From: Burkholderiales bacterium
GTDB lineage: Bacteria; Pseudomonadota; Gammaproteobacteria; Burkholderiales; SG8-39
NCBI GenBank assembly: GCA_026417035.1
Contig: JAOAEA010000003.1
Location: forward strand, 44,980 to 108,979
DNA length: 64,000 nt
Direction of reading: 5' to 3'
A program made the position numbers and the translations under genes. Positions 37,852-46,004 of the stretch are shown piece by piece (the stretch's first letter is position 1; each line of letters begins with the position of its first letter). The notes below the pieces were generated by a model. It was not told the origin of the DNA, made no database searches, and saw only the letters and a program-made list of their open reading frames with translations.

Positions 37852-39654
37852 ATGGCGGCGCGCCCCGAGCCCGCAGCCGCGTCCGCCAGCCTCGACGACC
37901 GCGTGCGGGAGGCGCAGGTGCGCCACCTGTACGAGGAGCTGCCGACTGCGGTTTCCGCGAGCCTCGCGGGGGCGGTCCTGCTCGGCGCGGTCATGTGGGG
38001 ACGCGTGGCGCCGGCCGTGATCCTCGCCTGGGCTGGCGCGATGGCCGCGAACCAGGCGTGGCGGCTCGTCCTGCACCTGCGGTTCCGGCGCAGGGGCGGG
38101 CTCGCCGCCGACGAGGTCCGCCGCTGGGGCGCCACCTGGGCCGTCGGGTCCGCGATCTCGGGCCTCGTCTGGGGCTCGGCGGCGTTCCTCTTCTGGGTCG
38201 AGGGCTCCGCCGCGCTGCAGACGGTCCTCATCGTCAGCCTCTTCGCGGTCACCTCGGGCGCGGTCCTGCTCATCGGCACCCACCTGCCCTCCTTCTACGC
38301 GTTCGTCCTGTGCGCGCTCGCGCCGGTGGTGGGACGCATGCTCGTCCAGGGGACGGAGACGCATCTCCTGCTCGCCTTCATCACGACCGTCGCGACGTTC
38401 GCCATCCTCGTGTTCGGGCGCGGCTACAACCGCACGCTCGTCGATTCGCTGCGCAACCGGTTCCAGAACGAAGCGCTCGCCGAGGCGCTCGCCGCCCGCA
38501 ACGCGGCGCTCGAGGAAGCGCGGCGCGCGGCCGAAGCGGCGCGCCAGGAGGCCGAGGCCGCGAACCGCTCCAAGACCCAGTTCTTCGCCGCGGCGAGCCA
38601 CGACCTGCGCCAGCCGCTGCACGCGCTCGGGCTCTTCGCGGGGATGCTCTCGGCACGCGCCCGGGACGCCGAGACCGCGAGCGTCGCGCGCAGCATCGCC
38701 GCCTCCGTCGACGCCCTGGAGTCGCTCTTCAGCGAGCTCCTCGACATCTCGCGCATCGACGCCGGCGCGATCCGCGTCAATCCGCAGCCCTTCGCGATCC
38801 AGGGGCTGCTCGACCGCGTGCAGACCGACTTCGCGCCGGAGGCCGCGGAGCGGGGCCTCGGCCTGCGTTTCCGCCCGAGCCGCGCGTGGGCGCGCAGCGA
38901 CCCGGTGCTGGTCGAGCGCATCCTGCGCAACCTCGTCTCGAACGCCCTGCGCTACACGAACGAGGGCGGCGTGCTGGTCGCCTGCCGCAGCCGCGGCGCC
39001 ACGCTCTCGCTCGAGGTGTGGGACACGGGCGTCGGGATCCGCGAACAGGAGCGCGAGCGCGTGTTCGAGCCCTTTCACCGCGGCGCCGCGACCGCCGAGG
39101 GCGAGGCCAAGGGGCTCGGGCTCGGCCTCGCCATCGTGAAGCGGCTCGCGGGCCTCGTCGGCGCGGCGGTCACCTTCCGCTCGCGGCCCGAGGTGGGCAC
39201 CGTGTTCCGCCTCATGCTGGCGCGGGCCGAGCCCCCGCCCTTGCCCGTGGCGGCGCGGCGCCGCGCGGAGAGCATGACGCTCGCCGGCCGCTGCATCCTG
39301 GTGATCGACGACGAGGCGCGGGTCCTCGAGAGCACCCGCGCGCTGCTCACGAGCTGGGAAGCCGAGGTCGTCGCGGCGCCGTCGGTCGCGCGCGCGCTCG
39401 CCGAGGCCGACGCGCTCGACCGCGCCCCCGACCTTCTCATCGTCGACGACCGGCTCGGCGATGGCATCGACGGCGTGCGCGCAATCGAGCTCGTGAGGGA
39501 GCGCTTCGGCGCGGCGATTCCGGCCATCGTGGTGACCGGGAGCGCGGCGCCCTCGCTCACGGAGGCTGCGGGCGCGAAGGGCCTGCACGTGCTCGCGAAG
39601 CCCGTCGCACCCGCGAAGCTCCGCTCGCTGATCGGCTTCAAGCTCGCGCGGTGA
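37852..39654 (+). CDS. hybrid sensor histidine kinase/response regulator with polytopic membrane N-terminus
   Basis: 600 aa. It has about 5-6 TM helices, an H-box (ASHDLRQPLHAL), an HATPase domain (GLGLGLAIV) and a C-terminal receiver (ILVIDDE...LLIVDDRLGDGIDG). Confidence 0.9.
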   Translation: MAARPEPAAASASLDDRVREAQVRHLYEELPTAVSASLAGAVLLGAVMWGRVAPAVILAWAGAMAANQAWRLVLHLRFRRRGGLAADEVRRWGATWAVGSAISGLVWGSAAFLFWVEGSAALQTVLIVSLFAVTSGAVLLIGTHLPSFYAFVLCALAPVVGRMLVQGTETHLLLAFITTVATFAILVFGRGYNRTLVDSLRNRFQNEALAEALAARNAALEEARRAAEAARQEAEAANRSKTQFFAAASHDLRQPLHALGLFAGMLSARARDAETASVARSIAASVDALESLFSELLDISRIDAGAIRVNPQPFAIQGLLDRVQTDFAPEAAERGLGLRFRPSRAWARSDPVLVERILRNLVSNALRYTNEGGVLVACRSRGATLSLEVWDTGVGIREQERERVFEPFHRGAATAEGEAKGLGLGLAIVKRLAGLVGAAVTFRSRPEVGTVFRLMLARAEPPPLPVAARRRAESMTLAGRCILVIDDEARVLESTRALLTSWEAEVVAAPSVARALAEADALDRAPDLLIVDDRLGDGIDGVRAIELVRERFGAAIPAIVVTGSAAPSLTEAAGAKGLHVLAKPVAPAKLRSLIGFKLAR

Positions 39655-39857
39655 CGCGCGGCCGGTCCGCGGGCCTGCAAGCCCCGGGCCCGCTCCGATA
39701 GACCGCAGCGGCTGGCCTGTCACTAGTCCGTTGGTCCTATGGCACCTCGGGGCTTCGCGCGGGAATAATCGGCCCGGGTCGGCGCCCTCCCCGGCGACGC
39801 CCGAGGAGTCCGTGGTGTGCGTGTGCGCCCGGGCTCCGCTTCACAGCTCCTCATTCG

Positions 39858-39890
39858 CGCGGCGCGCCCTCCGGCCCGCCGCGTTTTTTT
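39858..39890 (+). terminator. Rho-independent terminator
   Basis: cgcggcg (39858-39864) pairs with cgccgcg (39877-39883) and is followed by TTTTTTT (39884-39890). It lies ~200 nt after the hybrid kinase stop. Confidence 0.65.
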
Positions 39891-39999
39891 GCCCGGGCGC
39901 GCCATGGCGCGTCGCGCCGGCCGCGGCGGCGCGGGCGCCTGTGGACGAAAGGAGCCCCGGCGCGCAAGGCACCTCGCAGCGCCGGGGGGCGAGGGCGTT

Positions 40000-40158
40000 T
40001 CAGTACGTCTCGGTGTGCAGGGGCGAGCGGGTTTCCGGCCGCTCGCCCACGTGCGGCACGAGATCCGGCAGGCAGAGGGCGGCGCCGGCGGCGAGGAAGA
40101 CGAGCGCCATCACCCAACCGGCTTCGAAGAGCGCATCGATCAGCACGACCATGTCCAT
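40000..40158 (-). CDS. small membrane protein (52 aa), hypothetical
   Basis: ATG at 40158, preceded by a strong SD (ggaggaggcgaacATG). Product MDMVVLIDALFEAGWVMALVFLAAGAALCLPDLVPHVGERPETRSPLHTETY has one TM helix. It lies 110 nt downstream of the STAND regulator gene on the same strand. Confidence 0.45.
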   Translation of the reverse strand: MDMVVLIDALFEAGWVMALVFLAAGAALCLPDLVPHVGERPETRSPLHTETY

Positions 40159-40268
40159 GTTCGCCTCCTCCACGCCGCCACCGGCTCCCCGGTCTCCCGG
40201 TTTCCCGATCCGGCGGGTCCGGGCGCCTGCTGCGGCTGTGCGCAACGGCGAGACTGCGCGGCGCGCGC

Positions 40269-43200
40269 CTACATCCCGCCTACCCGATCGTCGCCTGTTC
40301 GGACGGGCTCGAGGCGCGCGCGCAGCGCCTCGGTGCGGGGCGAGGGCCGTGCGGCGGCCACCGCGGCGAGCAGCTCGCGGCAGTGCAGGTAGGCCTCGCG
40401 CGCCTGCGCGGGCCGGCCGGACCGCTCGAGGAGCTCGATGAGCTGCCGGTGGAGCGGCTCGCACGTCGGTTCGACGCGGATCGCGGCCCGGCAGAGGTCT
40501 TCGGCACGCGCGGCCTCGCCCGCGGCCTCCCAGCGGCCGGCGGCGCGCTCGACGAGCCGCACGAACCAGTCGCGCAGGCGCACCCGCTGCGGCATCGCCC
40601 AGGGCAGGTCGTCATCGGCTGCGAGGAACGGGCCGTCATAGAGGGACAGCGCCTCCGCGGCAGCCCGGTCCGCCGTCGCCGCGTTCGCATCGGACCGCTC
40701 GGCGGCACGGGCCGCGCGCTGGAACGCCACCGTGTCGACCCAGACCAGCTCCGGATCGAGCGAGAGCTTCCCGGCTTCGAGCCGCACCGCGCCCTCGACG
40801 CCGAGCGCCTTGCGCAGCCGGTGCAGGGCGATGTCGAATGCCTTCTTGCCGGCGTCACCCTCGAGATCGGGCCAGAGCGCGGCGACCGCGGCGCCCGCAG
40901 CGACCGCATGCCCCGCGCCGGCCGCGATGACGAACTTCAGGAGCTCGTTCGGCTTGCGCGCCAGGCCGCCGTTCGCGGGCGTGCCGTGTGCGAGCGCCTC
41001 CACGCGGAACGCGCCCAGCGTGCGTACCCGCAGGGGCCACGGCCAGCTCGCGGGCGCGCCCGGCGGCGGCTCGAGCCGCATCCGCGCAATGAGCCGTGTC
41101 GCGTAGCGCGGCGCCACGTCGTTCGCGAGCGCGAGCGCCGCGAGATCGGCGAGCATCGGCCGCGGCAGGAACGGCAGGCGCGGCAGCGCACCGGTCCGCA
41201 CGCCCAAGCGGAAGGCTTCGGCCGCGTGCGCGACGGCTTTCGCGGTGTCGCCGCAACGGAGGTCCGCAGAGCCGGCGAGGAGCAGCAGCGCGAGCTCGGC
41301 CGCGGGCATCCGGTCGCGCCGCGCCGCGTCGAGTGCCGGAACGATCGCGGCGAGCGCGGCATCGGCCGGCTCGTCCGCCATGAGCAGCGCCGCCGCGGCA
41401 CAGGCGGCCCGCGCAGGCTCGAGCGCGGGGACGAGCATCACCGGCGCGCGGGCCGCGGTCGCTGCCGTGCGCGCGGCCTCGGCGTCGCCAGCGGCGAGCG
41501 CGAGCGTCGCCTGGGCGACGAGCCGGAACGCCTCGTCCAGCGGCGTGCGCGCGGGCGTCAGCGTGGCGAGCGCCGCCCGCGCCGCTTCGGCCTCTCCGCG
41601 CGCGAGCGCGAGCGCGAACGAAAGCGCGGCCACGGCGATGGCGTGCGGCCCGTGTCCGGTACTCGCGGCGAGCGCCGCAGCGCGGTCGCGCGTCGCTTGC
41701 GCCGCCGCGTCCGCGCCGCTCGCGAGCAGGTGGTGCGCCTGCAGCACGAGGAACGGCAGCGCCTCGCCGGCGGCCGCGCGCGCATCCTCGGCGACGTGCC
41801 TGTGCTCGGCGATCAAGGCACCCATGGCGTCCGTCTCGCCATGGAGCAGATGCACCGCGAGAGCGAACGAAGCGAGCGCGAGCCGCGTGCCCGCAGAGGC
41901 GGCGGTGCGCGCCAGGGTCTCGGCCTGCGCGCGCCAGCGCTCCACGAGCGCGTGCCGGGCGGGGAACGCCCAGGGCAGGCCGATCGCGGCGAGGCGGCGC
42001 GCCGCCTGGTCCGGCTCGAGGAGCTCGGGCAGGCGTGCCGCGGCCGCCTCGAGCTCGGCGATGCGTCGATCGGCAGCTGCGCGCGTCGTGGCGAGGCACG
42101 CGAGGCGGGCGCAACAGGCGAGCTCCCCCTCGAGATCGCCGGCCGCGGCGAAAGCGGCGCGCGCGCGCTCGAAGCCCCCGGCCGCGCGTGCCCGATCGTC
42201 CGGAGCGAGGCACCACGCGCGCCAGAAGAGCGGCCAGGGCTCGCTTTCGCAGCCTTGCTCGGAGAGCGCATCGCACCAGCTGGTGAGGGTCGCGATCCGC
42301 CCCTGCGACGCGAGCGCCGGCGCATGGCTGCGCACGAGCCTCGCGATCTCGCTTGCCGCCCCGAGCTCGGCGAGGAGCGGCACGGCGGCTTCCGGATCCT
42401 GCGCGTCTTCGAGGAGGCGCGCGGCGAGCGCCCTGTTGTCGCGGTGCTCGCGCGCGGCGAGGAGCGTCGCAGCGCGCGCACGCAGGAAGTGCCGGAAGAG
42501 CGGGTGATACGCGTACCGCGGGGCATCGCCCGCCTTTCGCTCGGTGAAGAGGTTCGCGCGGCAGAGCTCGTCGAGAACCCGGCCCGGCTCGGCGTGGCCC
42601 GTCAGCGCGCCGGCGGTATCAGGGCTGACCCGTGGCAGCGCCGCCGTGCGCGCGAGAAAGCTCTGCACATCGGGCGGCAGAGGCTCGAACACTTCGGCCG
42701 CGAAGTAGTCCGAGATCTCGCGCGGCAGCGGCGTGGCGGCGCCGGGAAGCGGTCCGCCCGCGAGCAGCCCGCGCGCGAGGAGGACGACGCCCGCCGCCCA
42801 CCCGCCGCACGCCGCCGCCACTGCACGCAGCGGGTCGCTCGCTTGGAGGCCGGTGCTCGCCGCGACCGCCGCGGCCTCGTCGTGATCGAGCCACAGGTCG
42901 GCGCCTTCGAGACGCAGGAACCCCGATCCCGAACCCGCGCGCGCGAGTGCCGGCGGCGGCGCCCGACGACTCGTGACGAAGAGCGTCGTGCCGGCAGGCA
43001 GCGACGCGACGACGAGCGCGAGCGCCCGCTCGGCCGGCGCGCCCGGGGGGATGGCTTCGTAACCGTCGAGCACGAGCGCGCTCGCGGGCGGCAGACCGGC
43101 GACGATCGCTTCGACCGAGCGCCGGATCGCGATGTCGGCGGCGGTCGCGGTGGCGGCGACGTCGATGCGAGTGCGGGCGCCGCCCGCAACGCGAACGCCT

Positions 43201-43451
43201 TCGCCCAGAGACTGCAGGAACGCCGTGAGGTCCGCGTCGCCTTCGTCGAGGCGCACCCATGCGGTCGGGCGGCCGCGAGCCGCGAGGTACGCCGCCACGA
43301 GCGAGGTCTTGCCGGCGCCGGCCGGCGCCGACAGCCACGCGAACCGCGCATCCGCGGCCCGATCGAATCGCGCGTAGAGCTTCGGCCGCGGCACGAGAGC
43401 GGCCGTGTGCGGAACGGCGGTCTTCGCGGACCGGTGGATCCTGGCACGCAT
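40269..43451 (-). CDS. MalT-like STAND/AAA ATPase with helical-repeat middle region and C-terminal SARP output (OmpR-type wHTH + BTAD)
   Basis: Start reassigned to the ATG at 43451. The N-terminus resembles MalT (LVPRPKLYARF...WLSAPAGAGKTSLVAAYL, Walker A). The middle is long and Ala/Leu-rich, TPR-like. The C-terminus is LRVRTLGAFRVEA...ALWPDLEGDAGKKAFDIALHRLRKALG followed by BTAD (ALSLYDGPFLA...VEPTCEPLHRQLIELLERSGRPAQAREAYLHCRELL). Confidence 0.8.
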   Translation of the reverse strand: MRARIHRSAKTAVPHTAALVPRPKLYARFDRAADARFAWLSAPAGAGKTSLVAAYLAARGRPTAWVRLDEGDADLTAFLQSLGEGVRVAGGARTRIDVAATATAADIAIRRSVEAIVAGLPPASALVLDGYEAIPPGAPAERALALVVASLPAGTTLFVTSRRAPPPALARAGSGSGFLRLEGADLWLDHDEAAAVAASTGLQASDPLRAVAAACGGWAAGVVLLARGLLAGGPLPGAATPLPREISDYFAAEVFEPLPPDVQSFLARTAALPRVSPDTAGALTGHAEPGRVLDELCRANLFTERKAGDAPRYAYHPLFRHFLRARAATLLAAREHRDNRALAARLLEDAQDPEAAVPLLAELGAASEIARLVRSHAPALASQGRIATLTSWCDALSEQGCESEPWPLFWRAWCLAPDDRARAAGGFERARAAFAAAGDLEGELACCARLACLATTRAAADRRIAELEAAAARLPELLEPDQAARRLAAIGLPWAFPARHALVERWRAQAETLARTAASAGTRLALASFALAVHLLHGETDAMGALIAEHRHVAEDARAAAGEALPFLVLQAHHLLASGADAAAQATRDRAAALAASTGHGPHAIAVAALSFALALARGEAEAARAALATLTPARTPLDEAFRLVAQATLALAAGDAEAARTAATAARAPVMLVPALEPARAACAAAALLMADEPADAALAAIVPALDAARRDRMPAAELALLLLAGSADLRCGDTAKAVAHAAEAFRLGVRTGALPRLPFLPRPMLADLAALALANDVAPRYATRLIARMRLEPPPGAPASWPWPLRVRTLGAFRVEALAHGTPANGGLARKPNELLKFVIAAGAGHAVAAGAAVAALWPDLEGDAGKKAFDIALHRLRKALGVEGAVRLEAGKLSLDPELVWVDTVAFQRAARAAERSDANAATADRAAAEALSLYDGPFLAADDDLPWAMPQRVRLRDWFVRLVERAAGRWEAAGEAARAEDLCRAAIRVEPTCEPLHRQLIELLERSGRPAQAREAYLHCRELLAAVAAARPSPRTEALRARLEPVRTGDDRVGGM

Positions 43452-43682
43452 CGTGCGTCTTTCCGGGGCGTCAATGCCTCCGCGGCGAACGGCGCGAGGC
43501 GGACGCAGTATCCCGTCGCGCGGCGCGCCATACATCCGCCGGAAGGATTAGGCCGAGGCGCGCAAGCGGCTGATGCGATGGCTCATGACGACGGCATTGC
43601 GACGCGGCATGACACGCCCGGCGGCGCGGCCTATGCTTGCCGCGGTCGCGAGGACGGGAAGGGCTTTCCGGGAGAGGTCGAG

Positions 43683-43946
43683 ATGAGCGAGAAAACGCCG
43701 CGCCTGCCGTTCCCCATGGGCATCCTCGTGCTCGACGCGATCGGCGGCGTCGCGATCGCCCTGGGCGTGCTCGGGCTCATGAGCGGCGGCAGCATCCTGC
43801 CGTTCCTCGAGGAAGCGCGGGTCGCATGGTCGCTGATCGCGATCGGCGCCGCGCTGACGCTCTATGCCGGCCTCGAGATCACCAAGCGCGCACGCGAGCG
43901 GCGCGCCCGAGCGTCCGGCTGGGAGGGCGCTCGCGGCGGGCGGTAA
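43683..43946 (+). CDS. small two-TM membrane protein (87 aa), hypothetical
   Basis: ATG at 43683 with an SD (gggagagg). Product MSEKTPRLPFPMGILVLDAIGGVAIALGVLGLMSGGSILPFLEEARVAWSLIAIGAALTLYAGLEITKRARE... It is divergent from the STAND regulator. Confidence 0.55.
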   Translation: MSEKTPRLPFPMGILVLDAIGGVAIALGVLGLMSGGSILPFLEEARVAWSLIAIGAALTLYAGLEITKRARERRARASGWEGARGGR

Positions 43947-43952
43947 CGCGGC

Positions 43953-44050
43953 GCCAGGGAACGTCGGAACGAAGGGGGACACATCCCCCTTCGCCCCCCG
44001 ATGTCAGCGGACGCCCTGATCCGTTCGGCGAATCGATCAGCGCTTCCCTA
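43953..44050 (+). repeat. ~98-nt structured dispersed repeat, copy 2
   Basis: gccaggga...gaacgaagggggacacatcccccttcg...ccctgatccgttcggcgaatcgatcagcgcttccc is collinear with 29763-29860 in the same orientation. Here the 9-bp hairpin is perfect (cgaaggggg/cccccttcg). Confidence 0.7.
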
Positions 44051-44056
44051 GGGGGG

Positions 44057-44284
44057 TCAGGCGCCGTTGCCGGCGAACGGGCCGAATTCCCACTGGTCTT
44101 CGACAGCGCCCTCGCGCGTTTCCACCTGCACGCGGCTCGGACGGTTGGCCTCGGCCCAGCTCTTCGCGTAGTTGATCGCCACCGACTTGTCGGTGAAGAC
44201 ATGGCTCTGCGTGCCACCCTTGCAGGCCACGGCCCAGCCCCAGATCGGGCCGGGATAGACGACGAATACCGGCTCTTCTTCCAT
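44057..44284 (-). CDS. DUF2188-like small protein
   Basis: Start reassigned to the ATG at 44284. MEEEPVFVVYPGPIWGWAVACKGGTQSHVFTDKSVAINYAKSWAEANRPSRVQVETREGAVEDQWEF follows the DUF2188 pattern (W.V...G......F..K..A...A). Confidence 0.6.
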   Translation of the reverse strand: MEEEPVFVVYPGPIWGWAVACKGGTQSHVFTDKSVAINYAKSWAEANRPSRVQVETREGAVEDQWEFGPFAGNGA

Positions 44285-44458
44285 CGCGTGCGCAGTGTTG
44301 TTGTGGCGCGCGGCGGACGCTTCCCCGAACGTCCCGGAACGCGCGCTTGCGCGTGACTTTGCGACAAACTCTCCCTCGCGTCCCACGGTCGCGGCGCCTC
44401 GCGTGAAAAAGTGCCGGTTTCCGCGGCCTCGTCGGATTTCCGTCGCGCGGCACGTGCC

Positions 44459-44827
44459 TCACGGACCGAGGTAGCGGAGATGGCTAACGCACCCGGCGCG
44501 GCAGTCACTCGCGCCGAACCCCGGCGCCGGGGTCGTGCCCGCCGCAGATCCGGCGAGCGCGCACTCGGGCCGCGTCGAGCGCCGCACCGCCTCGACGCGG
44601 ACACCGGGCGCGGCGAGGAGATAGTCGACGTGCCAGAAGAGCCGCTTTTCGCGCGCGAGGTGGCGCGCGATGCGCGCCTCCAGCCCGCGCGCCGCGCTCC
44701 CCGTGTAGACGTAGCGGCCGGCAGGGAAGCGGAAGGTTCCGAGCCGGCCCACGCGGATCACCCGATCGCACGCGACGCGGATGAAGAGCTGGTAGGTCGC
44801 CGGTCGCGGCGCGCCCGGGCGCTTCAC
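44459..44827 (-). CDS. DUF123 / GIY-YIG-superfamily (Uri-like) domain protein
   Basis: GTG start at 44827 overlaps the upstream stop (GTGA). YQLFIRV...IRVGRLGTFRFPAGRYVYTGSA...LEARIARHL...KRLFWHVDYLL...GFGASDC..GC.SHL matches DUF123. Confidence 0.7.
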   Translation of the reverse strand: MKRPGAPRPATYQLFIRVACDRVIRVGRLGTFRFPAGRYVYTGSAARGLEARIARHLAREKRLFWHVDYLLAAPGVRVEAVRRSTRPECALAGSAAGTTPAPGFGASDCRAGCVSHLRYLGP

Positions 44828-45477
44828 GGCGCGCCGGCGAACGCGTGGTCGCCGACGAACGGGTTCGTGCGCCGTTCCGCGCCGAACGTCGAGGTCGGCC
44901 CGTGGCCGGGGACGAACGTGACGTCGTCGCCGAGCGGCCACAGCTCTTCGCGGATGGAGCGGATGAGCGTGTCGTAGTCGCCGCGCGGGAAGTCGGTGCG
45001 CCCGATCGAGCCCGCGAAGAGCACGTCGCCGACGATCGCGATGCGCGAGCGCGGCTCGAAGAAGACGACGTGCCCGGGCGTGTGCCCCGGGGTGTGGCGG
45101 ACCGCCATCTCGATCGCGCCGAAGCGCACCGTGTCGCCGCCGGCGAGCCAGCGGTCGGGCGTGAAGGCCGCGAGCGGCGGGAAGCCGAACATCCGGCTCT
45201 GCGCCGGGAGCTGGTCGATCCAGAACTTCTCGTCGACGTGCGGGCCTTCGACCGGCAGGCCGAGCCGCCGCGCGAGCTCGACCGTGCCGCCCACGTGGTC
45301 GATGTGCCCGTGGGTGAGCAGGATCCTCTCGGGCACCGCGCCCGTCTTCTCGAGCGCCGCGACGATGCGGTCGACCTCGCCGCCGGGATCGACGATGGCG
45401 GCGCGGTTCGTCTCCTCGCAGACGAGGATCGAGCAGTTCTGCTGGAAGGGCGTGACGGGAACGATGGTGACTTTCAC
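44824..45477 (-). CDS. MBL-fold metallo-hydrolase (YcbL/glyoxalase II-like)
   Basis: 217 aa with the THGHIDHVGG metal motif, HTPGHTPGHV and PGHGP. Confidence 0.9.
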   Translation of the reverse strand: MKVTIVPVTPFQQNCSILVCEETNRAAIVDPGGEVDRIVAALEKTGAVPERILLTHGHIDHVGGTVELARRLGLPVEGPHVDEKFWIDQLPAQSRMFGFPPLAAFTPDRWLAGGDTVRFGAIEMAVRHTPGHTPGHVVFFEPRSRIAIVGDVLFAGSIGRTDFPRGDYDTLIRSIREELWPLGDDVTFVPGHGPTSTFGAERRTNPFVGDHAFAGAP

Positions 45478-45551
45478 TCACTCGCCTCCGCAGGGGAGCG
45501 TCCGAAGGGGGCGGCGCGCCGGCGCGCGCCCGGATTCATGGCCCCGACCGC

Positions 45552-45965
45552 TCACGGTTTCCCGCCGTTCGCCTGCCCGCCCGAGGCGTAGAGCGCGACG
45601 AACCGGCGCGCGTCGAAGCCCGACATGAGCCTGCCGTGCACGCGGATGAGCGGGACGCCGCGCCCGCCGAGCGCGTCGAATGCCGCTCGCGCCTCGTGCG
45701 AAGCTTCGATGTCGTATTCCGCGAAGTCGAGCCCGCAGGCGGTGAAGAAAGCGTTCGCCTTGGCGCAGTAAGAGCACCAGGCGGTGCGCCACATCTCGAC
45801 CTTCGCGCCGGCCACCGGCACGGGGCATTCGGCGCGCGCGACCCGCTCGACGAAGAGCGGCTGCAACGCGAACCACGCGGCCACCGCCACGAGCGTCCAG
45901 AGCGCGGCGCTGCGACGCCGCGACCGCGGCGGCGAGGCGTCGTGTGCGGGAACGGGCTCGGACAT
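45552..45965 (-). CDS. membrane-anchored glutaredoxin-family protein
   Basis: 137 aa with an N-terminal TM helix and the thioredoxin-fold motif WCSYC, followed by GVPLIRVHGRLMSGF. Confidence 0.75.
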   Translation of the reverse strand: MSEPVPAHDASPPRSRRRSAALWTLVAVAAWFALQPLFVERVARAECPVPVAGAKVEMWRTAWCSYCAKANAFFTACGLDFAEYDIEASHEARAAFDALGGRGVPLIRVHGRLMSGFDARRFVALYASGGQANGGKP

Positions 45966-46004
45966 GCGCGCGAAGAGCGGGCGGCGGGCGCCCCGATGAG
46001 ACCC

